Shown here: piece after piece, positions 27,337 to 41,703 of the stretch
Layout of the letters: each line of letters starts with the position of its first letter
Position numbering within the stretch: position 1 is the first letter of the stretch
Source of the DNA: Eledone cirrhosa
Lineage: Eukaryota
NCBI GenBank assembly: GCA_964016885.1
Contig: OZ024760.1
Location: 31,372,001 to 31,436,000 of the forward strand
DNA length: 64,000 nt
Direction of reading: 5' to 3'
Program-made: the position numbers and the translations under genes
The notes under the pieces: generated by a model
Told to the model about the DNA's origin: nothing
Databases searched by the model: none
The model's input: the letters and a program-made list of their open reading frames with translations, nothing else

Positions 27337-30300
27337 GAACAGATAAATCGGTCAATTTACACGCGTTGATCCCTGTTGCACTAACTCACCTCAGTCAATG
27401 ATTTAGCCAGTCAATGATCCGATACAGCTATCTATCGGATGAGTAATGCATTGTGCCAAAACCGAAAGCAAGGAGTTCAGCAGATACTTTCAGACCAGAA
27501 ATACATAATAATTTGCTGTCCTCAACATACGACAGGTGGCGCGAAATAAGGCTAACCCGAGTGCTATGTTTAATCTACCAACTGGATATTAGACATCCAT
27601 AATGTCTTGATAACTAGTAGAGGTAACATTGTGTTATCCACAAACACCCTTGTACTCTTAATAAGTTCAAATGTATTCTGCTTGTTCACATTCACAAACA
27701 CGATTGAAAAATATGTTCTTCGATAAATAAATGTTCTGTGTTCATACTATTGCGACTAGCGTTGTTGTTCCACGAACACCACGAATTGCCGAACAGTTAA
27801 CCGCAAGTTCACCACTAAATTGGTGACCCCGACGTGATTAAAAAATAAAATAAAATAGATGGTGACTTCGGTTAAGAAAATTAAACCGACTTTCTGGAAC
27901 ATTACTTCAATGTTGTTTTCGCCGGACATCTAGAGAATTTATACACATCAAAAAAGTTTTAGAAAGTTGGCAGCGATGTTAAGGGAAAATGATGATCTAA
28001 CACACATTTTGTTTTGGCAGTCTTAAATATTATTTTTTTCTCCTTCATATCATTCTCTCTGATTTACGATGTCTATCGTCAAACAATAGACATTGCTTCC
28101 GTGAGCTACTTTTCTTTGTCCACTTAAAAAAAAAAGAAAACGAAACTATTCATTTCCAAAATGGCGACACCTTCTTGTTCAAAATTGACATCTTTACGCC
28201 TTCACACATACACAAGACATGCTCACTGAGTTGCGCACGAAAACGGCAGACATCTTGAATTCGGCAGAGAAATACCAAATTTTTTGTTATCGAACACAGC
28301 TTCTTTCCGTCTTTTCAGTATCATACAAGCACTTAGAGAATGAGTAGTAACTCCCTGCCAAGTTTTTCAGGCGATGTGCGTGTTTGGTTTGTTTAGATGG
28401 AATCACATTTTGCGGCCAGTGATTTGTCTGACCCGAAGAAGCAATTGCACATATTACTTAGTGCAATTCTGCCCTCCTTGACCAACACCGTTAAGGACCT
28501 GATTACTGATCCCGCACCGGACGCGACCTATTTCAGTGTCAAGACTGAAATACTGAGACGAACACCGCAGACGGCAGAAAAACGATTTAACATCTTAGTT
28601 AATGATGAATATCTCGATGACAGATCACCTTCGCAGTTATTGAGGTGAATGAAAGACTTAGTGGAAAATGCCCCAGCAGACAGTGCCATGTTGAAGCAGT
28701 TATTCTTATCGCGACTGCCAACGACGGAACAGGCGATAATAGCGCCTATGATGGAGGGCAGCACAGTTGAACAGCTCGCGACATCGGTGGACAAAATACT
28801 TGACTACACAGGCCAACTCACTGTGCCTGCACAAACTCCTGCACCTTCTTTTCCGCCAGTGGCTTCGGTTTCTTCCAGCGAGCGGTCCCCCTCGGAGAAT
28901 ATGTAGAAGGCCATCAGAGAGCTGACAAAATCAGGGCAATTGTTGCACCGACAGAGAACACAACCACTTAGTCGTTTTACACATCGTCGTTCGCAGTCAC
29001 CAAGCCACTGGACATCGTATCCGCCAAATTCAACTGATTATTGCTGGTACCACAGCAAATTTGGCAGCAAAGCTCATCGCTGCAGACAGCCTTGTTTGTT
29101 TCCTAACCAGGGAAAATTCCACCCGGAGAATTGAGTACGTCACATTCTTCACAAACACCAACGCAGATAAGCAGCGCTCAAAATCGTGCATTCTTTATTG
29201 CGGATATTTTTTCCAACTCACGTTGCCTCATCGACACCGGAGCAGCGTGTAGTATTTGGCCACTAAAGCTTCTAAAGGACAAACCTGCACTTTCATCAAT
29301 TTCGCTACAGGCCGTCAATAATTCTGCTATTCCCAACGTACGGACAAATATCTCATTCTTTGGATTTGAACTTACGTAGAGATTTTACGTGGATCTTCTC
29401 TATAGAGGATGTACCGTTTCCAATACTCAGTGCAGATTTTTTGCACCACTTCAAACTCTTTGTGGACATGCGGGCACATCGTTTGTTGGACGCAAACACA
29501 TATCTTTCGATTCCTGGTCAGGCTTCGACTGTACCACATGTTAGTCCAGTCTTTTTCATCGCTGCGTCAGATAACCCGTATCAATCAATTTTGGAGTCTT
29601 TCCCAGAAATAACGAATTTAAACTTTACAGTGGACACTCCTGTTCATTCTACCAAGCACTTTATCGAAACTAAGGGTGCACCGGTATTTTCTCGCCCTCG
29701 TTGACTTCCTCTGGAAAAGTTAAAGGCAGCTAAAGCGGAGTTTAACCACATGCTGCAGTTGGGCATAATACGTCCTTCTACCAGTCCTTGGTTCCGAAAC
29801 GTTCGGGAGATTGGCGCCCAACGGGGAGATTTCCGACGGTTGAACGCAATAACCGAACCAGACCAATACCCAATTCCTCACATTCAGGATTTCACTTCTT
29901 CCTTGCACGGATGCACAGTTTTCATTAAGCTAGATTTAGTCAGAGCTTACCATCAGATGCCACTCAACCCAGCTGATGTTCCGAAGACTGCTATCACTAC
30001 ACCTTTTGGTGCTTTTGAGTCCCTTTGCTCTACACAACGCCGCTAGTACCTTTCAACGCTTCATGGACGAAATCACCAGAGACCTGGATTTTGTATACTG
30101 CTATATCGACGACGTACTCGTTGCTAGCACATCCCTGGAGGAACACGCTAACCACCTCTGTTCATTATTTCAACGTTTTAAGAAGTACCAAATTCGCATT
30201 AACCCTGCGAAGTGTATATTTGGTGCATTTTCGCTAGTTTTCTAGGACATCATTAGTCCTACAGGCATATCACCTCTACGGGATAAAGTGAAAGCTCTTC

Positions 30301-32984
30301 AAGAATTACCTCCTCCTACATCATTACGTCATTTCTTGGGACTGCTAAATTATTATCGTCGTTTTATTCCACATTGTGCGGAGCAGATAGCACCTCTTTC
30401 CGAACTGTTGCGGAATCGGAAGAAAAAGAACGAACCTATTTCTTTGGACCCTACTCATCTGGAGGCTTATTCCAGAGTGAAGCAGGAATTAGCCAATGTC
30501 ACCCTGCTTGCACATCCTGTGCCTGATGCCCAATTTTCACTGGTCGTTGACACATCAAGCACAGCAGTTGGTGCAGTTTTACAACAGTATCACAATCAGA
30601 AGATGCAACCACTTGCATATTTCTCAAGACAGCTGAAACCTGCTGAAACCCGCTACAGTACCTTTGGCAGAAAACTTTTAGCGATCTACTTCGTGATCAA
30701 ACACTTCCAGCATTCTTTGGAAGGATGCACGTTTACGATCTTCACGGACCATCGCCCTCTTATGTTTGCTCTCAAAGTTAAACCCGAAAAATACTCGCCA
30801 CGTGAAACTCGACATTTAGATTATGTATCACAATTCACTAGTGATATACGCCATATTCCTGGATCACAGAATTTAGCGGCAGATGCATTATCTCGTTTAC
30901 CTATCAACTCACTATCGACAAAAACCGATATTGATCTACGTTTGCTCGCTGCTGACTAGCCTGCTTTGAACGAATTGGATTTATCTGCAACCGAATTTGC
31001 GATAAATTACTTATACACAATTCTGACACAAGCATCCTGTGTGACATATCGACTGATTCACCTCGACCCTTCGTTCCAGAACCTCATCAGCGAACAGTTT
31101 TCAACACGTTACACAACCTCTCACACCCTGGAATCCATTCATCAGTGAAACTCATTACGGCTAGATTCTTTTGGCCGAATATGAGACGAGATATCACTGC
31201 ATGGTCTCGTTCTTGCATACCATGCCAGAAGTCTAAGGTGCAAAAACACATTCGAGCACCTCTGGGCACATTCAATACTCCTGATGCCCGCTTCGACCAT
31301 ATTCATATTGACCTAGTTGCACCTTGGCCGGTCAGTCATGGATATACATACCTTCTTACATGTATCGACTGAAGCCATTCCTCTCGTAGATATTTCAGCA
31401 GAATCGGTAGCACGAACTCTGATGTCTGGCTGGATTTCGCGATACGGTGTCCCTTCCACGATCACCACTGACTGTGGCGGACAATTTGAATCTCATCTCT
31501 TTCACGGACTTTCTAAGATTTTAGGAATACGTCGCATTCAAACTACTAGTTACCATCCAGCTTCAAATGGCATGATAGAACGCTTTCATCGCCAATTAAA
31601 AGCCGCATTGTGTGCTTATCCCGACCAGCAAAAATGGAATGAATATCTACCAATTGTTCTTCTTGGCTGTCGCACGGCGGTCAGGGAGGATCTTGGATAT
31701 TCCCCAGCGGAATTGCTGTACGGAACACCTTTATTCTTGCCGGGACAGATGTTAGTCCCAGTTGACGCATAGCTGGAGGATCCTACATTATATATCAATC
31801 GACTACGATCATATTTCAACGATCTTTCGCCTATGGGAACACGTCAACAGAAGATTAAATCTTTGGTCCCCAAAGACATTACTTCTTGGACTCACATTTT
31901 TCTACGTAAAGACTCAGTGAAAGGACCACTTGCGCCACCCTATACTGGACCGTACCGTGTCCTGGCAAAAACGGACAAACTTTTTACTATAGACATTTGT
32001 GGTAGGAAACACACAGTTTCTGTAGATATGATTAAACAGGCCTTTACAGACGTTCCACCAGTTGAACCTCATACCCCCCTCCCACATACAATACATTGCA
32101 TGTTGAACCTTCACAAGCATACTCACCCACAACATCACACACACCTTCATTACCTTCACCCATATATGTTACGACGACTCGTAGTGGTCGTAGATTACAT
32201 TGGCCTCAGAGATTGAGTAAAACAATTTATATATGAACTCTGTTTTTGATCAAACTTTTGACTCTCTTATAAAAAAAAAACAATGACTTTTGCTTGTTCA
32301 ATTATGTTATGTTTCATTTTTTGGGGTTGTATCCATGCATGTATCTTTTCTCTGTGTACCCGACGATTTTTTTTATTGTGTGATGTCATGTAGACATATT
32401 GCATATTTAGCACTACTAATGTAATACGGGCAGAGTTCCAGCCACCATAGTTTTGCCTTGGCTTATATATTGATATTGATCTTCGATCTAAACGGAGGGT
32501 AATGTAGTGAACAGATAAATCGGTCAATTTAGTTGATCCCTGTTGCACTAACTCACCTCACCTAAATATTAGCCAGTCAATGATCCGATACAGCTATCTA
32601 TCGGATGAGTAATGCATTGTGCCAAAACCGAAAGCAAGGAGTTCAGCACATACTTTCAGACCAGAAATACATAATAATTTGCTGTCCTCAACATGCAACA
32701 CGTGGCGCGAAATAAGGCTAACCCGAGTGCTATGTTTAATCTACCAACTGGATATTAGACATCCATAATGTCTTGATAACTAGTAGAGGTAACATTGTAT
32801 TATCCACAAACACCTTGTACTCTTAACAAGTTCAAATGTATTCTGCTTGTTCACATTCACAAACACGATTGAAAAATATGTTCTTCGATAAATAAATGTT
32901 CTGTGTTCATACTATTGCGACTAGCGTTGTTGTTCCACGAACACCACGAATTGCCGAACAGTTAACCGCAAGTTCACCACTAAA
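27337..32984 (+). mobile_element. Ty3/Gypsy LTR retrotransposon, degenerate
   Basis: LTRs 27337-27819 and 32503-32984; TSD ACCTT; gag (CWYH..FG..A..C..PC), PR LIDTGA, RT YIDD, RNase H, then integrase; many stops and frameshifts. Confidence 0.93.
27821..27838 (+). promoter_or_regulatory. Primer binding site, tRNA-Trp
   Basis: TGGTGACCCCGACGTGAT is complementary to the 3' 18 nt of metazoan tRNA-Trp; purine tract at 32490-32502 precedes the 3' LTR. Confidence 0.85.
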
Positions 32985-33634
32985 ACCTTACATAATATCT
33001 CACATAACATTCACATTACTCTATATATACTATTGTATTTTCACAGTAAAGGCTTTACCTCACATAATATCTCACATAACATTCACATTACTCTATATAT
33101 ACTATTGTATTTTCACAGTAAAGGCTTTACCTCACATAATATCTCACATAACATTCACATTACTCTATATATACTATTGTATTTTCACTGTAAAGGCTTT
33201 ACCTTGCATAATTACCTCACATAAGATCTACATTACTCTATATATACTATTGTATTTTCACTGTAAAGGCTTTACCTCACATAATATCTCATAACATTTA
33301 CATTACTCTATATATACTATTGTATTTTCATGGTAAAGGTTTTATCTCACATAATTATCTCATACTATCTCATAATATCGAATCTAGGAGATTTTGATAT
33401 TACTTATTTTGAGAACAATACTTTAAGAGTGGCTGGTTACGACCAGTTTGAACAGAAAGAGGTGAGAGAATTCTGGCCGAATACAACCGTTTTAAATGCT
33501 AAAGGGTTAATGAGGGCTTAATAATAGATTAATCTGGATTAATGAGCAGTTAATGAGAGGTTAATAAAACCTTATTCAGCTGATCTTGAAAATTAGTTTT
33601 CACTAGATTTACTTAACCCTTTTGTTACCATATT

Positions 33635-33900
33635 TCCTAGTGGTAAGTGTGTTTGTCTCACGATCATAATGTCGTGGGTTCGATTCCTTGACTGGGTTGT
33701 GAGTTGTGTTCTTGAGCAAAACACTTCATTTCATCATTTCATGTTGCTCCAGTATACTCAGATGAAAATGAGTATCAGCAATAACTGGGGGTTTAACCTA
33801 GCAATGGACTGGCATCCTATCCAGGGGTGAGTCTGGTACTCTCAGTCACTTCATGCCATGTAAACTAAGATAAACACTGGCCTGAGATAGACTTTAGATG
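33635..33900 (+). mobile_element. tRNA-derived SINE
   Basis: cctagtggt A-box remnant, GGTTCGATTCC B box, cttgagcaaaacactt core. Confidence 0.65.
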
Positions 33901-33927
33901 ATTCTCAAATAATTTGGATACTTTTAA

Positions 33928-34130
33928 TGCTGTTTGGAACATAACTTAACAAAGGTTTTATAACTAACTTTCTCATTAAGCTGCTGTTTGGAACATAACT
34001 TAACAAAGGTTTTATAACTAACTTTCTCATTGTTAAGTTACTGTTTAGAACATAACTTAACAAAGGTTTTATAACTAACTTTCTCATTATTAAGCTGGTG
34101 TTTGGAACATAACTTAACAAAGATTTCATT
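33928..34130 (+). repeat. 54-57 bp tandem repeat, about 4 units
   Basis: ctgtttggaacataacttaacaaaggttttataactaactttctcatt repeated. Confidence 0.85.
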
Positions 34131-34220
34131 ACTATATTTCTTATGAATAAATGCTGCCCATGTTTCTGTGTATTCACAATAGTAGAGTAGCTACCATATT
34201 TTATTTTCCTCTTCCATCAG

Positions 34221-34831
34221 ATGAACAAAGAGATGAAGCTAAAGATGAAGATGATTCCAGCAACTACAGCCACCTCCATCAGCTGTTTATTTCTCGAAAC
34301 AATTGCCTGTGTACAGAAATGCAAAAGAACTTCCAAAATCTCTGTACTGGCGAGAATATCAGTGAAAACCACACAGAATTTTCTGGCTTTTGTTTTGAGG
34401 ATCTCCAAGACAACAACTTCCCTTTATTTTTAACATCCAAGAAATTTTGGGCTCTTATAGATGCTTCACTTGGCTCTCCTTTTTTCTTTCCTCGAAATGA
34501 AGACTTAAGCTTTAGGAGTGACTTGAAAAGCTGGCTGGCTGAAGGGTCCAACAAGCTCTTTGACATGGATACCAAGGACAATACCAAGGACTTAACTGAA
34601 GATTTCCCAGATTTTTATGAAGTAACATATAATGTATTTGTGAAAGACTTCTGGAATCGTGTGAAATATCTTGTGTCTGACTGTCACCCAACTCTCATTT
34701 GGACTGAAATTATGTCCATCATTAAGGGGTCCTATAAATCCCTGCTTTCAAAGAAAGGTTACCTGTCAAAGGAAGACTACTTGGTTATAGGGAAAAAGCA
34801 GGCTCCAAACTTCACATCAGATCGGGAAAAG
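34221..34831 (+). CDS. TRANK1: TRANK1-like helicase exon
   Basis: HLHQLFISRN, FPLFLTS, HPTLIWTEIMSIIKGS, GKKQAPNF motifs; ccatcAG acceptor, AAG/GTCTGT donor. Confidence 0.85.
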
Positions 34832-34869
34832 GTCTGTAAATTGTAATTTATCTTATAGTATTTCATTCC

Positions 34870-34967
<98 letters not shown>

Positions 34968-34968
<1 letters not shown>

Positions 34969-37225
34969 ATCATCATCATCACCGTTTTACGTCCGTTCTT
35001 CCACGCTAGCATGGGTTAAACGGGTTGTCCTGTTATGGGCAGTGTCCGGTCAGCTGACCTTGTCTTGCTCATACGGGAACTGATTCTGGCTTGATTTCTA
35101 CAGCTGGATGCCCTTCCTAACACCAACCTCATTTACAGTGAGTGATGGGTGCTTGTTTTTCCGTGTCGCCTACACGTATCCACCACTTCTATAGCACTCA
35201 CCTGCATTTGAAAAATGTGTCTATCAATGTAACTTCTACTGTCTAATTTCCCTGTACATCTACTGCATACGTATTTCTCCCTACCTGTTAGTTTGCCTGC
35301 TATCCCGCTACATCTCTTGTGTACCCAGGATCTGCATTGTGTGCATTTTATAGAATTTATGCCAGTTCCTTTTCTGCATATCGAACATGGCCATTTCCCT
35401 GATGGAATCAGAGTTTTGTCCTCTTTTCTACTCATCAACACTTTTGTCTTAGCTAGGTTCACTCTCAGTCCTCTTGCTTCCAACTGCTGTTTCCACAGCC
35501 AGAATTTATTCTCTAGCTCCTCTACTGATTCTGCTATAAGAACCAGATCATCAGCATAGAGAAGTTCCCATGGACAGCCAGTCTTAAACTTCCCTGTTAT
35601 GGCTTGGAGGACTATAATGAACAAGAGCAGGCTGAGGACAGAACCTTGATGTACTCCTACTTGTATCTGGAATTCCTCACTAAACTCCATTCCTACCCTG
35701 ACTTTACTGACAGTACCTCTGTACAAAGTTTGCACTGTCCTCACAAGCCATTCCTCAATACCTAGTTTCCTTAGGGACCACCAGATGACAGATCGGGGTA
35801 CCCTATCAAAGGCCTTCTCTAGGTCAACAAAGGCTAAGTATAGTGGCTTATTTTTCTCTAAGAACCTCTCTTGTAATTGTCTCACCAAGAAGAGGGCATC
35901 TGTTGTACTTTTCCCAGGCACAAAACCAAACTGCATCTCATCTAGTTTGACCCTTTCTCTAATTAGTTGTGCTAATATCCTTTCTGCCACTTTCATAACC
36001 TGATCCATGAGTTTTATACCCCTATAATTGCTCCTCTCCAGAGCATCCCCTTTACCTTTGTAGGAATTTATGAGAATACTGCTGCATCAGTCTTTGGGTA
36101 TGACACCACCATATATAGCCTGATTGATGATGCATATAACCAGTTTAGTGCCTACTTCCCCTGATGCCTTCAGTATCTCAGCAACTATCCCCGATGGTCC
36201 AGCAGCCTTACCAGTTTTCATTTCCCTAATCGCCTCTTGGACCCTATATTTGTCAATCTCAATAGCTGGTCCCTCTGTCGGATCTACTGAGGGTAATTTA
36301 TCTCTCTCCCATTCGTTCTCCACATTCATCAGTCTCTCATAATGACATTTCCAGGCCTCCTTTTTCTGATCATTCGTGACACTAAGTACACTGGCATCAT
36401 TCCGGACACATTTATCTCCAACAACATCCTGATTTGCATTGACACACTGCCTTGCAATGTGGAACACCGCACGCCTCTGATCTTCCCGTTGCAGAACATT
36501 GCCTCCCTGTGTGCTAAGTACACCTGACGTCTAGCTTCTCTCTTAGTGGCTGTATATCCTTCCCTACTCCCACCCTTTTTCTAAGCCTTCCATGCTAGTC
36601 TTTTGTCTCTAATGGCCTTATCTACTGTGTTGTTCCACCACCAGGTCACTCTTTGTCTGTGGGGTACATTCTTCCCCAGGGTATGCCTTGGTATTAGACA
36701 CTATCTGCCTGTCCCGCTGCCTAACTAGTAAGAAGTCAATCTGGCTTATGTGCTCACCAGATTTGTAGGTTATTAGGTGGTTGGCAGGTTTCTGGAAGTT
36801 AGTGTTGCAAATAGTCAGTGTACTTGCATCACTAAATTCAAGAAGTCTCACTCCTTTATTTCTTGCGCCGTAACCGTGCCCACCATGTACTCCAGTGTAA
36901 CCATCCTGGAGCTGTCGGACATGACCATTGAAGTCTCCTGCTAGCATAACGATGTCTCCGTCCTCTGTCATTGCGGTTGTTTGTAAAAGTTGCTCGTAAA
37001 AGCAGTCTTTCTCATCTTTGCCTAGGCCTGCTTGGGGAGCATAGGCAGAGATGATTGTCAGTAGTCTCCTGCCTACAACTAACCTAAGCTTAATTATTTG
37101 ATTACTAACTCGAACTACCTCTATTGTCTTATTGATCCATCTCTCAGCCAGGAAAATGCCTACTCCCCCTAACTCATCATCCTTACCTACCCAGAAAAGC
37201 TTATAGCTAAGATGTTTGCCTACGA
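34968..37225 (-). mobile_element. RTE-clade LINE, internally deleted (APE part + RT)
   Basis: ORFs 36618-37283 (SAYAPQ, GDFNGH, SQIDF) and 35133-36008 (LYADD, Cys cluster); (GAT)n tail. Confidence 0.88.
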
Positions 37226-37716
37226 CTATATATACATATATATATATATTAGTAATAATAAAAATGTGAAGACTAAAATCCAAAGAGGGCTCGATAAGGA
37301 TAAATATATATCAAATATATAAGAACCCTAGAGTAAATATTTATTAATATAACATTAAAGTTTAAGCAAAGAATCGCTACTTTCAGAAGATCCCGTTAAG
37401 GGTGAAAGCAGCGATTCTTTGCTTAAACTTTAATCTGTTATTTTAATCAATATATATATATAGTACGGTAAAGTCTGAGGCGCAGATCGATACTGGAGTC
37501 GGGTCAACAACTCCTATGGGTCACTTTGAGCCAAACCTCTGTGAAACACGCATAACGGGTCGTTACGCAATATAGATATTTGATATGTAAACGAAACTTC
37601 CTCGTTTTTCTATTATATATATATATATAAATAATATATATATTATTAGTACAAATAATATATGGCTCTCTCTCTCCCTCTCCCTCTCTCTACTATATCT
37701 TTTAATTGGAATTATT

Positions 37717-37770
<54 letters not shown>

Positions 37771-37882
37771 TATATAATTTGTTAAGTGTAAAATGATATG
37801 AGAGATAATAAGAGTTTGTGACCCAAGAATCACAACTCTTGACATTTTGAAATATCTTTTTCTGTTTTAATTTCATCTGTAG

Positions 37883-38310
37883 GTCTATGAAGCATTCATG
37901 AAATACAACAAAATACTAAGCGAAAAAGGTTTGTTTGATGAGATGGATGTTGTCTGTAATTTATTCAACCGACTTCGTAATTCTAGAACAAACCTCTGCC
38001 CCATCCACGAGATTTACGTTGATGAAGTCCAGGACTTTACCCAAGCTGAATTATTTCTGATGATAATTCTAGTTGAGAATCCCAACAACATGTTTCTCAC
38101 AGGTGACACAGCCCAAAGTATCATGAGAGGAGTTGCTTTTCGATTTTGTGACCTCAAGTCTCTGTTTTTTTACTTAAAAGAGATTTATTCAAATTTCAAA
38201 CAACTCAACAAGATAAACGTACCCAAAAAAATGCATTACCTGACCTGTAACTACAGGTCACACAGCGGAGTCGTTTCACTTGCATCCTCTGTCTTGGATT
38301 TACTTAACAG
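37883..38310 (+). CDS. TRANK1: TRANK1-like helicase exon, Walker B and motifs III/IV
   Basis: YVDEVQDFTQAEL, LTGDTAQSIMRGVAFRF, LTCNYRSHSG; ctgtAG acceptor, AG/GTAACT donor. Confidence 0.9.
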
Positions 38311-39939
38311 GTAACTTGTTTTTCCTTTTCTTTCTGTTGTTAATATTATTTGAAATTCCTTCTTTCCCAAATCTTACCGAGTGTCAACCTGACACCTGAG
38401 TCAATATTTGATAATACACACATTTTACAATCAATTGTCACATAAATCATGTCACAAGAGCTCAGAGCAACAGTAAATGTCTTAGCAAGGTGTTTAACTC
38501 TTTAGCAGTCCCATTACTCTATATATACTATTGTATTTTCACAGTAAAGTCTTTACCTCACATAATATCTCACATAACATTTACATTACTCTATATATAC
38601 TATTGTATTTTCACAGTAAAGTCTTTACCTCACATAATATTTCACATAACATTTACATTACTCTATATATACTATTGTATTGTCACAGTAAAGGCTTTAC
38701 CTCACATAATATCTCACATAACATTTATATTACTCTATATATACTATTGTATTTTCACAGTAAAGGCTTTACCTCACATAATATCTCACATAACATTTAT
38801 ATTACTCTATATATACTATTGTATTTTCACAGTAAAGGCTTTACCTCACATAATATTTCACATAACATTTATATTACTCTATATATACTATTGTATTTTC
38901 ACAGTAAAGACTTTACCTCACATAATACCTCACATAACATTTACATTACTCTATATATACTATGTATTTTCACAGTAAAGACTTTACCTCACATAATATC
39001 TCGCATAACATTTATATTACTCTATATATACTATTGTATTTTCACAGTAAAGGCTTTACCTCACATAATATTTCACATAACATTTACATTACTCTATATA
39101 TACTATTGTATTTTCACAGTAAAGACTTTACCTCACATAATACCTCACATAACATTTACATTACTCTATATATACTATGTATTTTCACAGTAAAGACTTT
39201 ACCTCACATAATATCTCACATAACATTTACATTACTCTATATATACTATTGTATTTTCACAGTAAAGGCTTTACCTCACATAATATCTCACAAAACATTT
39301 ACATTACTCTATATTTACTATTGTATTTTCACAGTAAAGGCTTTACCTCACATAATACCTCACATAACATTTACATTACTCTATATATACTATGTATTTT
39401 CACAGTAAAGGCTTTACCTCACATAATATCTCACATAACATTTACATTACTCTATATATACTATTGTATTTTCACAGTAAAGGCTTTACCTCACATAATA
39501 TCTCACATAACATTTACATTACTCTATATATACTATTGTATTTTCACAGTAAAGGCTTTACTTCACATAATATCTCACATAACATTTACATTACTCTATA
39601 TATACTATTGTATTTTCACAGTAAAGGCTTTACCTCACACAATATCTCACATAACATTTACATTACTCTATATATACTATGTATTTTCACAGTAAAGACT
39701 TTACCTCACATAATATCTCACATAACATCTCGTATACGAGAGACGTGTGTTGACGTGTGTGAACAAGCTCGGCTACCGAGTCGGATTTACTTACTCAAAA
39801 AGTGAGTTTTGATTAATTTTTTTATACTGTAATATACGTTAACCCCTTGCCTTGGTCGTCAAACTTTGAGTTTATTTATTTTCGCCCCTTTTTGGGGCGA
39901 ATTTTCCAGTTAAAAATTTATTACGACAAACTAATAGAA

Positions 39940-41682
39940 ATGGACGGAATTTTCACATCTCATCCTAACGTGAAAGCCACGCCCCCTAAGAAAGGTGATA
40001 CAGAGAAGCTAGAAGCACAAGGCTCTAAGTCTTCCCTCCTGACTTCTGCAAAAGAAACATGGAACACGGAATTAAAAGAAAAATTTGAAAAAATGGGTGA
40101 AAACCCAGAAAGTCACATAAACGCAGACAAAAACAACAACGACAATAACAGCAATAGTCACAACACCAACCAAGGAAAAAATAACGATAACACCAAACAA
40201 AGCGAACCCACTACTGGTACCTCCTTTGCACAGGCGGTCCGGAAAACACAAACCTGCAAGCAACTGGACATTACAACTCTGAGAGAAAAGATGAAGGAAG
40301 CGAAACAGTATGTAACTTTCAAAGAAGGAGGAGACTTCACAATCACCTCCCCACAAGAAATCAAAAGAGACACGACGCTAAGAACGATATCTTTCAGAAC
40401 AATTTCCAACATAACAAGGAAACCAACTCAATTATCCCAAAAAGAGATTGAGCTGGTCCTAAAAAATGTGTGGAGTGATATATCGTTCATACAAAAAGGG
40501 CCACTCTATGGGAATATAACGGTCCTAATGAAGGATCAATTGACGGCCAGGAAATACTCTGTGGCACCAATTGTTTCCAAGCTACATACATTTTTCCCCA
40601 CATATTTAGGGAAAAGAACGCAGAAGATAAGGGTCTCCGGAATCCGGCCAAATGCATGCATTTCCTGGGTACTAACAGGGTTTTTAGAAGACGAGGACGG
40701 AATCCTCTCAGTAGGAGAAGTCACCACAGACGTTTTCGGCGGTTTGAGCGTGGAGGTTCTGGTCCAAATGAGACCAGAACGAATCGCTAGAATACCACAG
40801 AGGGTGTCCCTCGATGGAGAAACATTTATATATATTTCAGCCGAGGGTAGGAGGCCCATATGTTACTACTGTTCAAGCAGGGGTCATCTAAGGGCTGCTT
40901 GTCCTCAATTGACAAAAAAAAAGGCTCTTTTGCCTACACCCCACACACCACCACCGCCACCACCACCACCACCACCACCTCCACCACCACCACCACAACA
41001 ACAACAAAAGCAACAGGGAAAAATAACACAAGACACGGCCCCACCCAAAACAACTCCCAAAACACACACAAATACAACAAAACCCCAAAATACACCACTA
41101 CCCGACAGCACGGACGAGGACCCAGCGGAAACGGCACCTAGTGACGAAGAGGGGGAACCCTTCCAACCTGTAAAAAGGAAAAAAAGAAAGCACCACTCGA
41201 ACATAAACGAAACAAACACACAACCACCAACAAAAACAAAACAAACAGAACAAACAAAATCCGCCCCACCCCAAAACATAACACATACAACAAAACGTAA
41301 GCACACACAAGAACAACAAACAAACACAACACAAATAAAACAGTATACATACATTAACACAAATAACAAAGAACTAGTAAAAACAATACACAAAGACCCT
41401 TTGGTGGAAACTGAAGGACAATTCTTTGCAAGCGCGGCCAACAAACCGCATTTAAAAATGATAAGACTCCCAATGGACACCTATGCAAAACTAAGAGAGA
41501 ACTTTCCTGAGGACGTGGGGAAAACATGTACTCGACCCTATAACCGCGTCCTCTTGAAACGTTTCCCCACCCACACCTCACCAAACACCCCCACTCCACC
41601 ACAGAACAACACCCCACCAAACAACCCCTCCAATACGCCCATGGATATTGTGCAACCTGCTCCTCAGGAGCCGAACAGGTAG
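39940..41682 (+). CDS. Tx1 ORF1 with CCHC knuckle
   Basis: As copy A with a few substitutions. Confidence 0.85.
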   Translation: MDGIFTSHPNVKATPPKKGDTEKLEAQGSKSSLLTSAKETWNTELKEKFEKMGENPESHINADKNNNDNNSNSHNTNQGKNNDNTKQSEPTTGTSFAQAVRKTQTCKQLDITTLREKMKEAKQYVTFKEGGDFTITSPQEIKRDTTLRTISFRTISNITRKPTQLSQKEIELVLKNVWSDISFIQKGPLYGNITVLMKDQLTARKYSVAPIVSKLHTFFPTYLGKRTQKIRVSGIRPNACISWVLTGFLEDEDGILSVGEVTTDVFGGLSVEVLVQMRPERIARIPQRVSLDGETFIYISAEGRRPICYYCSSRGHLRAACPQLTKKKALLPTPHTPPPPPPPPPPPPPPPPQQQQKQQGKITQDTAPPKTTPKTHTNTTKPQNTPLPDSTDEDPAETAPSDEEGEPFQPVKRKKRKHHSNINETNTQPPTKTKQTEQTKSAPPQNITHTTKRKHTQEQQTNTTQIKQYTYINTNNKELVKTIHKDPLVETEGQFFASAANKPHLKMIRLPMDTYAKLRENFPEDVGKTCTRPYNRVLLKRFPTHTSPNTPTPPQNNTPPNNPSNTPMDIVQPAPQEPNR

Positions 41683-41703
41683 GTCCTTCCTCTTTTAACC
41701 AAC

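Larger units (their letters stand above)
27275..33506 (+). mobile_element. TTAA-flanked MITE containing 72-bp satellite array 2 (interrupted by Gypsy)
   Basis: TTAA/CCTGTTAGCATTTA ... TAAATGCTAAAGGG/TTAA. Confidence 0.8.

Noticed and set aside
37465-37560. CTGAGGC-GCAGA...TCTGT-GAAA hammerhead-like string
   Set aside because: The core A is replaced by C and stem I does not pair beyond 2 bp.
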